A stretch of DNA of 64,000 bases from an uncultured delta proteobacterium (GTDB taxonomy: Bacteria; Desulfobacterota; Binatia; Binatales; Binataceae), in the NCBI GenBank assembly GCA_963711565.1, contig CAVQEQ010000003.1:1280001-1344000 (forward strand). The letters are read 5' to 3'. The position numbers and the translations under genes are program-made. Below, in pieces: positions 27,878-39,076 of the stretch. The notes under the pieces are model-generated. The model was given only the letters and a program-made list of their open reading frames with translations. It had not been told where the DNA came from and did no database searches. The first letter of the stretch is position 1; each line of letters begins with the position of its first letter.

Positions 27878-28267
27878 GTGGCGCTCGGAAAAGCGGAGAC
27901 GCTCAAGCCGGTCGTATGGGTTCGAAGCAGCAAAGACGACCTGAAAAAGTTTCCGCGAACCGCACAGTCGCATCTGGGATTCGCCCTCAAAGTCGCGCAG
28001 AGCGGAGGAAAGCATCCCGACGCAAAGCCGATGAACGGTTTCGGCGGCGCCAGCGTGATTGAGATTGTCGAGGATTACGATAGCGATACGTATCGAGCGG
28101 TTTACACGGTGAAGTTTGCCGAGGCGATCTATGTCCTCCACGCATTTCAAAAGAAGTCGAATTCGGGCATTGCCACGACCAAACGCGATCTCCATTTGAT
28201 AGAAGAAAGATTAAGGCGCGCGAAGGAATTGCACGCCCTGAGCGTTTACGACAAGGCGAAGCGATGA
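27878..28267 (+). CDS. Type II TA toxin, RelE/ParE (Gp49/HigB-like)
   Basis: KPVVWVRSSKDDLKKFP, AKPM.GFGGA.V.EI and YRAVYTVKF..AIYVLHAFQKKS. Confidence 0.9.
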   Translation: MALGKAETLKPVVWVRSSKDDLKKFPRTAQSHLGFALKVAQSGGKHPDAKPMNGFGGASVIEIVEDYDSDTYRAVYTVKFAEAIYVLHAFQKKSNSGIATTKRDLHLIEERLRRAKELHALSVYDKAKR

Positions 28268-28593
28268 GCAAATCTATCGATTACGAAGTAAGCAGCGGGA
28301 ACGTCTTTCGCGATCTTGGGCTGCCAGATGCGGATGAGCTCGACATCAAGGCGAACCTCGCGATCAAGATCGGCAAAATCATTGCGCAGCGCGGACTCAG
28401 CCAAATCAAAGCGGCGGCGGTACTGGGAATCGATCAGCCTAAAGTGTCCGCTATCGTCCGCGGGCGCCTGGAAAAATTCTCTATCGAGCGGCTCTGCCAA
28501 TTCCTGACCCGACTCGGCTGCGACGTGAACATCCGCGTGCAGGAAAAGCGCAAGTCAGCGCGAGGCAGAATGCGAATTCAGATTGCCAGCTGA
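28264..28593 (+). CDS. XRE-family HTH antitoxin (HigA-like)
   Basis: SSGNVFRDLGL and GLSQ..AA..LGIDQPKVS...RGRL..FS.ERL. ATGA overlap with the toxin gene. Confidence 0.9.
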   Translation: MSKSIDYEVSSGNVFRDLGLPDADELDIKANLAIKIGKIIAQRGLSQIKAAAVLGIDQPKVSAIVRGRLEKFSIERLCQFLTRLGCDVNIRVQEKRKSARGRMRIQIAS

Positions 28594-28643
28594 ACGTCGA
28601 ACTCGACGGAGAATAGTCCGTTAACATTTGCAACAAACCCGGA

Positions 28644-28997
28644 TCAGCGCGAGGTCTGCGGCAGGTGTCCCGCCGACACGGGATGCCAGCCCGGGCCGTG
28701 AATCATGTTCGCCATGAATCCCAGTATCCGAGCCTGATCGCCGGCGATCGCCGCCCGGGGTTGTATCCACACGCACGAGCAGTCGGTGCATGTCCCCAAT
28801 TTCATGTTTGGGTCTGGCGCGGGCAGGTTGCCGACACCTATTACATCGATTTCGCCAGGGAGCAGGTCTCGGAGCCACCTCCCCGAAATTCGACCGCCGC
28901 TGCACCTTTCCGGGCAGCGCGGTTCAGGGCGCCGTATCTTGGCAGTCCTCATTCTGGTTGGGGTGCGGCGACGACGACGCAGCATACGTGACGCCAT
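28644..28997 (-). CDS. Hypothetical small Arg/Cys-rich protein
   Basis: GGGAGG RBS about 10 nt before the ATG. Contains CPERC and CTDCSC motifs. Confidence 0.45.
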   Translation of the reverse strand: MASRMLRRRRRTPTRMRTAKIRRPEPRCPERCSGGRISGRWLRDLLPGEIDVIGVGNLPAPDPNMKLGTCTDCSCVWIQPRAAIAGDQARILGFMANMIHGPGWHPVSAGHLPQTSR

Positions 28998-29029
28998 TAG
29001 AACAAGACCTCCCTCATCGTTTACTCTAA

Positions 29030-29061
29030 GAATTCGGGGGCTGGGATTGCTCCCAGCCCCC
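29030..29061 (-). terminator. Probable terminator of the nrdJ transcript
   Basis: Stem gggggctggga/tcccagccccc with a GCAA tetraloop on the minus strand. The U-tract is weak. Confidence 0.6.
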
Positions 29062-29133
29062 TGCCGTCACCACATCCGCCGCCCCACCACATCCTGTTAG
29101 GGCGCGAGTCTTTCCGCGCCTTGCTGGTTAAGT

Positions 29134-29278
29134 GGGTCCCGGAGAACTCCTCATCCGCATTTTCTCCGAGGACTAGCTAATTCTTTATGCGCCGCAAATG
29201 GCAAAATCCGCGTCCGCATCCACCTCATCATCGCCAGTCCTCTTCGAAAGCCCTCCCCCTCCACATTCTCCGGGACCC
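29134..29278 (-). ncRNA. Candidate structured RNA (long irregular hairpin) in the nrdJ 3' region
   Basis: Nested stems gggtcccggagaa/ttctccgggaccc, tttc/gaaa, gaggactggc/gctagtcctc, atgcg/cgcat and cgcggat/atttgcg. The non-canonical pairs are G-U only on the minus strand. Confidence 0.5.
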
Positions 29279-29292
29279 TTGAGACTCCTTTA

Positions 29293-32080
<2,788 letters not shown>

Positions 32081-32230
32081 CTCAAAATCTATCGCTCCCC
32101 CGCCCATCACCACATCCTCCCCACCTCAGTTACACGCGCGTTAAGCCCGCATTTAGTTCCACTTGCCCTGTCGTTGCGGTCGCCACAGCTTTCAAACAAT
32201 CTTGGCTTGCCAAGCTGAGTCGTGGGCGAC

Positions 32231-32260
32231 AATATGCTCGCGGCCAGTGCGGTCTGTCAA
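32231..32260 (-). promoter_or_regulatory. Probable sigma70 promoter of nrdJ
   Basis: TTGACA-N18-CATATT on the minus strand, about 150 nt upstream of the start codon. Confidence 0.55.
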
Positions 32261-32268
32261 GCCCCGAC

Positions 32269-32316
32269 CCCCTACAGGTAGTGTATGAGAAGCTGTGCAC
32301 AACCCATATATTAGGT
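32269..32316. promoter_or_regulatory. Tandem NrdR boxes
   Basis: cccCtAcAggTaGtgt (32269-32284) and aacCcAtATaTtaggt (32301-32316) resemble acaCwAtATaTwGtgt, are 32 bp apart, and sit directly upstream of the -35 of an RNR gene. Confidence 0.7.
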
Positions 32317-32472
32317 TGTTGATAACTTTTGGTAAATCTTCGCTTCCATTAATAATTGTGACTGACCGATGAGTCCAAATTAGTAAAACTAATGGAAATT
32401 GCCGCCGCGAACGGCCGCCGACCATACAGTCGGTATGCGTTGTGACCGCGGCGGCGCTATCTTGTGCAGGTG

Positions 32473-32919
32473 ATGCCAAATCGTCGGCACAAGGCTCCGG
32501 AACAGATCGGCGCCGCGATGCAACCGATCCTCGATCGGATCGACCGCGAAGGTCATTTCGCGATCGTGCGGCTGGCGAAAGCATGGCCGGAGATTGTCGG
32601 CGAGACGATCGCGCGCCGCACTGAAATCGTCTCGCTGAAATTCCACACCGCGGTCGTGAAAGTGCAGGGGGCGATGTGGATACAAGAACTGAATCTGATG
32701 AAGGCGCAGATACTCGCGCGCCTCACCGACCGTGTTGGCGACGACGCCGTGCGGGAGTTGCGCTTTGTGCAAGGGCGGCTCGGCCGGCGCGAGCGGCCCA
32801 AACTGCGCACGGTGCCGCGCGCGACGCGGAAATCGATCGAGCTGCCGGAGCTGAAAGATCCCGAGCTGCGCAAGGCGTTCGAGCGCCTGATCGAGGCCTG
32901 GGGACGTGCATCGAGATAA
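32473..32919 (+). CDS. dciA: DciA/DUF721 replicative helicase-operating protein
   Basis: L.KAWPEIVGETIARRT...V.V....WIQEL.LMK.QIL.RL...V..LRF followed by a basic tail. Confidence 0.85.
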   Translation: MPNRRHKAPEQIGAAMQPILDRIDREGHFAIVRLAKAWPEIVGETIARRTEIVSLKFHTAVVKVQGAMWIQELNLMKAQILARLTDRVGDDAVRELRFVQGRLGRRERPKLRTVPRATRKSIELPELKDPELRKAFERLIEAWGRASR

Positions 32920-32935
32920 GGAATACACTTGATGG

Positions 32936-32992
32936 AATGTGAAGCCCGTGGTGGGTTTCACGCTTCCTTCGGCAGGGGTGACCCCTGCACCC
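32936..32992. repeat. Dispersed two-hairpin repeat, family 3, copy 3
   Basis: ggcaggggtgacccctgcaccc is identical to copy 2, and the first hairpin shows compensatory changes. Confidence 0.8.
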
Positions 32993-33088
32993 GGTAAAAG
33001 GTGTAAACGGAGGCGGCGCGGGTTACGTCATATACTCTGAATCCGCGCACCGGCCCGATTCGTACTGTATGTAGTCGAGAAATCTGTC

Positions 33089-34741
33089 GTGGTTGGCGAA
33101 GAAACCAAGCAGGACCGCATCTTGCACGTGCTGAACCGGCTAGCCTTCGGGCCGCGCCCCGGCGACTTCGAGCACGTCAGCGCGATTAGTCCTGAGCGCT
33201 ACGTGCAGGAGCAGTTGCATCCCGAATCGATTGCGATTCCCGCCGACTTGTCCGAGGCCGTGAACCAACTTCAGACGTTGCACATGTCTCCGATCGCGCT
33301 GTTCATCGAATACGAACGGCCGATCCTGCTGGCGCGCAAAGAAGCCAAAGCCGACAGCGGCGGCGACAAGACGGTGATCAAGGACGCGACCAAGCCCCTG
33401 CGAATCAAGCAGCGCATCGTGATGCGCGAGGCGGTCGAGGCGCGGATGATGCGCGCGATCGAAGGGCCGCGGCAATTGCAGGAAGTGATGACCGCGTTCT
33501 GGTTCAACCACTTTAACATTTTCGCCGGCAAAGGTCTGGACATTATCTGGACGGGCGCGTTCGAGGAGACCGCGATTCGGCCGCATACGTTCGGCAAGTT
33601 CCGTACGCTCCTCGGTGCGACCGCGCATCATCCGGCGATGATGTTCTACCTCGACAACTGGCAGAACACCGCGCCTGGCAGCCCCGGCTCGAAGGGCAAG
33701 TTCGAGGGCATCAACGAGAACTACGCGCGCGAGCTGATGGAGCTGCACACGCTCGGCGTCAACGGCGGCTACACGCAGGACGACGTGATCGCGCTGGCGC
33801 ATATTCTGACCGGATGGGGACTGCCGAAGCCCGGCGGCGGCGCTTATCGGACGGCTGACGGCGACGGCATGCGTGGCGACGGGATGGGCGGAGTTTTTCC
33901 ATTCATGCGGCGCCGGCGAAACTTCATGCCGGCGGCGGCTGATCCGAGCGGATTTTATTTCGACGAATCGCGTCACGATTTTTCCAACAAGACTTTTCTC
34001 GGCCATCAGATCGAGGGCGGCGGAATCGACGAGGGCGAGCATGCGCTGGACATCCTGGCGCGCAGCCCCGCCACCGCCAGGCATCTGAGCTTCAAGCTGG
34101 CGCAATACTTCGTTGCCGACGATCCACCGCCGGCACTCGTGAGCCGGATGGCGGATCGCTACCTGGCCACCGACGGCGAGATTCGCGCGGTGCTCGAGAC
34201 GATGTTCACGAGCGCGGAATTCTGGGACCCGCGAAACTACGGCGCCAAATTCAAGACGCCTTACGAGTACGTTATCTCGTGCGTGCGCGCGACCGGCGTG
34301 CCGATTCGCAACTACCGGCCGCTGTACGGCACGATGCAGCTGCTCGGCATGCCGCTGTACGCGTGTCAGACGCCCAACGGCTTCGCCAATACGCAGGACG
34401 CGTGGCTCAATCCCGACGCGATGATGATGCGGCTCAGCTTTGCGACCGCGCTCGGATCGGGAAATCTGCCGCTGGAAAATCAGCCGTTCCAGGAAGATGC
34501 GGACGGTGGCGGTGAAATGCGTCCCGAGCCGCCGGCGGTGCCGCGCAATGGCGCCGGCAAGGTGAATATCAATTTCGATCCCGCGCCGCATGGACCGAAG
34601 ATGACGCCGCCCGATCCCGTGCAGCTCGCGGCGACGCTTGGCGACTATTTCACACCGGCGACGGCCAGCGCCGTCGAGGCGTCGCCGACGCAACTTCGAG
34701 CGCCACTGATTCTCGGCAGTCCGGAGTTCATGAAGCGCTGA
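33089..34741 (+). CDS. DUF1800 family protein
   Basis: HVLNRLAFGPRP, QLQEVMTAFWFNHFN, MMFYLDN, NENYARELMELHTLG and GSPEFM.R. Confidence 0.92.
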   Translation: MVGEETKQDRILHVLNRLAFGPRPGDFEHVSAISPERYVQEQLHPESIAIPADLSEAVNQLQTLHMSPIALFIEYERPILLARKEAKADSGGDKTVIKDATKPLRIKQRIVMREAVEARMMRAIEGPRQLQEVMTAFWFNHFNIFAGKGLDIIWTGAFEETAIRPHTFGKFRTLLGATAHHPAMMFYLDNWQNTAPGSPGSKGKFEGINENYARELMELHTLGVNGGYTQDDVIALAHILTGWGLPKPGGGAYRTADGDGMRGDGMGGVFPFMRRRRNFMPAAADPSGFYFDESRHDFSNKTFLGHQIEGGGIDEGEHALDILARSPATARHLSFKLAQYFVADDPPPALVSRMADRYLATDGEIRAVLETMFTSAEFWDPRNYGAKFKTPYEYVISCVRATGVPIRNYRPLYGTMQLLGMPLYACQTPNGFANTQDAWLNPDAMMMRLSFATALGSGNLPLENQPFQEDADGGGEMRPEPPAVPRNGAGKVNINFDPAPHGPKMTPPDPVQLAATLGDYFTPATASAVEASPTQLRAPLILGSPEFMKR

Positions 34742-34751
34742 GAGTTTTACA

Positions 34752-36053
34752 ATGAAGAAAAATTTCCAAACCACTGATGCGTGCATCGCGTGCAACCCCC
34801 GCCCCGCGACGGCTCTCAGCCGGCGCGCGTTTTTGCGCCGCGCTGCCGTGCTGTCGGCGTCGGGCATCGTGCTGCTGAGCCCGCATGCGTGGGCCGCGCG
34901 CTCGCTCGATTCGAGCAGCAATCGCAGGCTGATCGTGGTGTTCCTGCGCGGCGCGGTTGACGGCCTGAACGTAGTGGTGCCGCATGGCGAGTCGGCGTAC
35001 TACGACGCCCGCCCGACGATCGCGATCGGACGCACAGGTGCAAATGACGGTGTGATCGATCTCGACGGCTATTTCGGATTGCATCCTGCGCTCGCGCCGA
35101 TGGATAGCCAATGGCGCGACGGCACGCTCGCGTTCGTGCATGCGTGCGGCTCGCCGGATCCGACGCGATCGCATTTCGACGCGCAGGATTTCATGGAGAG
35201 CGGCACGCCCGGCGTCAGGACGACGCAGGATGGATGGCTGAATCGGACGCTCGCTGCGATTCCGGGGACGCATGGCCCGACCGAGGCGTTGAGTCTCGGG
35301 CCGACGGTGCCGCGAATTTTGAGCGGCAAGGTGCCGGTCGCGAATATCGCGCTCGGTCGCGCGGCGGAAAAACCGATGCCGATGGACAGGCCGATAATCG
35401 AAGCGGCGTTCGACAAGATGTACGTCGGCAACGATTCGATCAGCCGCGCCTATCGCGACGGACGCCAGGCCCGCATGCGCCTCATCAGCGAATTGACGCA
35501 AGACATGACCGAGGCCAACGCGGGCGCGCCGTCACCGAATGGATTCTCGAACGACACCGACAGGCTCGCGCGTCTGATCGGGCGCGACCCCACGATTCGC
35601 GTCGCGTTCATGGCGCTCGGCGGATGGGATACGCACGTCAGCGAGGGGGCAGCCAACGGCCAGCTCGCGGGCCATCTGAAGCCGCTCGCCGAGGGGCTGG
35701 CGAGCCTCTCGAAGAATCTTGGGCCGAACTACCAGGACACGGTCATTCTCGTGATCTCCGAGTTCGGCCGCACGATGCATGAGAACGGCAACGGCGGCAC
35801 CGACCACGGCCACGGCAACGTGATGTGGGTGATGGGCGGCCCGGTGAAAGGGCGCAAGGTTTACGGCAAATGGCCGGGCCTCTCGACGGCGAGCCTCTAC
35901 CAGGAGCGTGACCTCGCGGTGACGACCGACTTCCGCGAGCCAATCGCGACAGTGCTGCGATCGCACATGCAGTTTTCAGATTCGCAGATCGATCGCGTAT
36001 TCCCCGGCCGTCCCCGCTCGCGCGGCAACGTCGATGGCTTGATCAAGGTGTAA
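34752..36053 (+). CDS. DUF1501 family protein with Tat signal
   Basis: SRRAFL, FLRGAVDGLN, RSHFDAQ, GGWDTH, SEFGRT and GTDHG. Confidence 0.92.
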   Translation: MKKNFQTTDACIACNPRPATALSRRAFLRRAAVLSASGIVLLSPHAWAARSLDSSSNRRLIVVFLRGAVDGLNVVVPHGESAYYDARPTIAIGRTGANDGVIDLDGYFGLHPALAPMDSQWRDGTLAFVHACGSPDPTRSHFDAQDFMESGTPGVRTTQDGWLNRTLAAIPGTHGPTEALSLGPTVPRILSGKVPVANIALGRAAEKPMPMDRPIIEAAFDKMYVGNDSISRAYRDGRQARMRLISELTQDMTEANAGAPSPNGFSNDTDRLARLIGRDPTIRVAFMALGGWDTHVSEGAANGQLAGHLKPLAEGLASLSKNLGPNYQDTVILVISEFGRTMHENGNGGTDHGHGNVMWVMGGPVKGRKVYGKWPGLSTASLYQERDLAVTTDFREPIATVLRSHMQFSDSQIDRVFPGRPRSRGNVDGLIKV

Positions 36054-36073
36054 ACGCCCCGGGGTCGCGCCTT

Positions 36074-36739
36074 TCACTCCGGGACATTGACCCAGGCAAC
36101 CCGCACCTTCGGCGCGCCGGTTACTGGATCGCGAACATGGGCCTCGCCGACCGGCTCGAAGCTCTCAGCGCGAAGAATCTCCGCTGCCGACTCGGCTTCG
36201 AGCGCCGGCTTTCCGAGCAGAAAAGCGCCGGGTCTGTAGCAGCTCAATATGAGACGCCCGCCGGGTTTGAGGTACAGGCGAGCAATGCGGCTGAGCATCG
36301 CTCCTCGACTCTGAATCGGCACTACATCTGTCAACGCGGTGACATAGTCAAATCGAATCGGCGGCTCGAACGTCATCACATTCCCGGTCCAGATCCGCGT
36401 CGCCCAATGCGGAAGCCGCTTGCGCGCGCGCTCCGCAATCCGGTTCGAAAGCTCGAGTCCGTAGGGTTCGATGCGATGGCCTTGCTCGGCGACCCACGTC
36501 GTCAGAGTTTCCATCAACAGGCCGTTCGCACAGCCAACGTCCAGCCATATGCCTACCCGATCGAAAGCGCTGGCGATCACGCGCCGCTTCGCTTCCCAGC
36601 TCGTCATGTCCTCCCCCCTCGAGCCCGAGCCGCCAAAGACATCGCCTCGCTCATCCGCCGAGACGTAATAGTCCTCGAGCAGCGCGCGAATGCGCTCGTA
36701 ATATTCGTCGTCAGAATTGGAACGATCAGGATCAGACAT
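36074..36739 (-). CDS. Class I SAM-dependent methyltransferase
   Basis: WLDVGCANG, YGLELS and LKPGGRLIL. AGGAG RBS upstream. Confidence 0.85.
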   Translation of the reverse strand: MSDPDRSNSDDEYYERIRALLEDYYVSADERGDVFGGSGSRGEDMTSWEAKRRVIASAFDRVGIWLDVGCANGLLMETLTTWVAEQGHRIEPYGLELSNRIAERARKRLPHWATRIWTGNVMTFEPPIRFDYVTALTDVVPIQSRGAMLSRIARLYLKPGGRLILSCYRPGAFLLGKPALEAESAAEILRAESFEPVGEAHVRDPVTGAPKVRVAWVNVPE

Positions 36740-36766
36740 CGCGGATCGTGCTCCTATGGACCGGGC

Positions 36767-37771
36767 TCAATTTTCTGGAGCTTCCCGAGGGAGCTTTGCC
36801 AGCGCGCAGTCGGCGCACCAGAAATCCGGCCCCTTGCCGCCCAATTTCTGAATTTGCTCCCGTAAACCAGCCGTCAGGCCCGTCGCAGCGGCTTTCAGGT
36901 CCGGCGGCGGGGATGATGCCGCGGCAGTTGAGTCTCCACGCTGGGATGACCACGTTCCTTCCGGCGCGGTAAGGTAAACGCGGCCGCCATTCCATTGAAT
37001 CTGGTAATTCTCATCCGGGTCCCACTTACCTGCGGGCAACGCCGTCGATTCGCAGGCACCCTGGAGTCCGCATACCACGATACTTGCGCGCTTGGACTGA
37101 TTATCTTGCGCCGCCACGGCAACCTCTTTACTGTCCTCGGACCACGCAGGCTTGGTGAGGAGGGTGACTTTGACGCCTTTGGCTGGATACACGCGCCGGT
37201 AGTCGATATCCAGTTCCGGCTCCCTCCCGTATAGCGGGGTCCAGTGCGGCATTCCGCCCTCGACGGCGGCGTGTTCGCCGTCGGGAGAAAAGACGGGGCC
37301 GCCTGTATCGTCGAGGTAGTCCGTCAATTCTTCGCCAGTTTTTGTGTCAAAGACGAGTGTGTCATCGCTCGAAGGATTGACGTTTCCGGCTGCCGCAATC
37401 GTGTCCGCGGTCAACCACTGAATCCGCTCGATATAGTCAAATGGGTACGCCTCGCCGGAGCTAACGGGACCGATCAGAATATCCGAGAGCGTCCGGCCCG
37501 TCTCAGAGTCGATTACCACCAAGTTATCTATAGCAACTGCGTGGTCGATCTTGCGGAGAAAGGCTATCTTGGTTCCGTCCCTGGACCACACCAGAGGGCC
37601 TTTGGGAATCCCGTCGTGGGTCAGCTGTCGCGGCTCTCCGTCAACGCCGATCGTGAAGAGGTCGCCGTCTTTATAGTAAACCGCCTTGAGGTCCGCACCT
37701 TGGGCGAAGGTGTACCCAACACCGACGGCAAACGTGAGCAGCAATGCGAAAACTTTGATTCCGATCTTCAT
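36767..37771 (-). CDS. Secreted TolB-like beta-propeller protein, paralog A (candidate immunity protein)
   Basis: Signal peptide MKIGIKVFALLLTFAVGVGYTFA, blade motifs WSRDGTKIAF, FSPDGEH and WSEDSKEVA, C-terminal FWCADC, strong AAGGAGG RBS. Confidence 0.8.
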   Translation of the reverse strand: MKIGIKVFALLLTFAVGVGYTFAQGADLKAVYYKDGDLFTIGVDGEPRQLTHDGIPKGPLVWSRDGTKIAFLRKIDHAVAIDNLVVIDSETGRTLSDILIGPVSSGEAYPFDYIERIQWLTADTIAAAGNVNPSSDDTLVFDTKTGEELTDYLDDTGGPVFSPDGEHAAVEGGMPHWTPLYGREPELDIDYRRVYPAKGVKVTLLTKPAWSEDSKEVAVAAQDNQSKRASIVVCGLQGACESTALPAGKWDPDENYQIQWNGGRVYLTAPEGTWSSQRGDSTAAASSPPPDLKAAATGLTAGLREQIQKLGGKGPDFWCADCALAKLPREAPEN

Positions 37772-37782
37772 GATTCTCCTCC

Positions 37783-37977
37783 TTATTGCACCGCGCTCCC
37801 GGGGCAGGTCGGCAAAGCAGGGGTGCACGCGCCAACAGCCATGACGTTATCGTAGCCAGCGCAGACGGCTTTGCCGACGCCCTCGTAGAGATCGAGCCGG
37901 TAGCCTTTGACACCATTGCCGGTGTCGTCGGTCCACATGTTGTCTTGTTCTTGACCATGCAGGCCGAGATCGACCAC
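37783..37977 (-). pseudogene. C-terminal fragment of a 3D (MltA-like) domain protein, copy A
   Basis: DDTGNGVKGYRLDLYEG matches the 3D-domain DTGxxxkGxriDly signature. The N-terminal AVD motif is absent, and the stop overlaps the next gene's RBS. Confidence 0.6.
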
Positions 37978-38053
37978 TGAACTATAGCAGGGGTGAGGGC
38001 CTCCAGGGCTAGCTAAGCGCGATTCCCGTCACGCTAGCTCCTATGGACCGGGC

Positions 38054-39064
38054 TCAATCTTCTGGAGCTTCCCGAGGGAGCTTTGCCAGCGCGCAGTCGG
38101 CGCACCAGAAATCCGGGTCCTTGCCGCCCAAGTTCTGAATTTGCTGCCGTAAACCAAAAGTCAGGCCCATCGCAACGCCTTTCCGGTCCAGCGGCGGGGA
38201 CGACGATGCCGCGGCAATCGAGTCTCCACGCCGGCAGGACCACGTCTTGTCTAACAGAAAAGCGTAGATGCGGCCGTCATTCCATTCAACCTGGAAACTG
38301 TCATCCGGTCCCCACTTTGCGTCGGCGGGCAACGCCGTCGATTCGCAGGCGCCCTTGAGTCCGCATACCACGATGCTTCTGTGCTTGGACTTATAATCTT
38401 CGACCACCACGGCAACTTCTTTGCTGTCGTCAGACCACGCAGGCTTCGAGAGCAGGGTGACATGGACGCCTTTGGCTGGATAGACGCGCTGGTACCCGAT
38501 GTCCAGTTCCGGCGCGCTCCCCCAATCCGGCGTCCAGTGCGGGGCGCCGGTCTCGGCGGCGGCGTGCTCGCCGTCGGGAGAAAAGACTGCGCCGCCGTCG
38601 TCGTCGATGTAATCTGCCAACTCCTTGCCCGTCCTGGCGTCGAAGACGAGGGTGTCATCGGTTGACGGATTGACGCTTCCGGCTGCCGCAATCGTGTCCG
38701 CGGTCAACCACTGAATCTGCTCGATATAGTCAAATACGTACCCCTCGCCGGAGCTAACGGGACCGATCAGAATATCCGAGAGCGTCCGGCCCGTCTCAGA
38801 GTCGATTACCACCAAGTTATCTATAGCAACTGCGTGGTCGATCTTGCGGAGAAAGGCTATCTTGGTTCCGTCCCTGGACCACACCTGAGGGCCTTTGGGA
38901 ATCCCGTCGTGGGTCAGCTGTCGCGGCTCTCCGTCAACGCCGATCGTGAAGAGGTCGCCGTCCTTATAGTAAACCGCCTTAATGCCTGCACCTTGGGCGA
39001 ACGAATGTCCAACGTTCGCGGCGAGCGTTAGCAGCAATGCGAAAAATGCGATTCCGATTTTCAT
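38054..39064 (-). CDS. Secreted TolB-like beta-propeller protein, paralog B (candidate immunity protein)
   Basis: Colinear paralog of 36767-37771 with the same motifs and an AAGGAGG RBS. Confidence 0.8.
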   Translation of the reverse strand: MKIGIAFFALLLTLAANVGHSFAQGAGIKAVYYKDGDLFTIGVDGEPRQLTHDGIPKGPQVWSRDGTKIAFLRKIDHAVAIDNLVVIDSETGRTLSDILIGPVSSGEGYVFDYIEQIQWLTADTIAAAGSVNPSTDDTLVFDARTGKELADYIDDDGGAVFSPDGEHAAAETGAPHWTPDWGSAPELDIGYQRVYPAKGVHVTLLSKPAWSDDSKEVAVVVEDYKSKHRSIVVCGLKGACESTALPADAKWGPDDSFQVEWNDGRIYAFLLDKTWSCRRGDSIAAASSSPPLDRKGVAMGLTFGLRQQIQNLGGKDPDFWCADCALAKLPREAPED

Positions 39065-39076
39065 GCTCTCCCCTCC

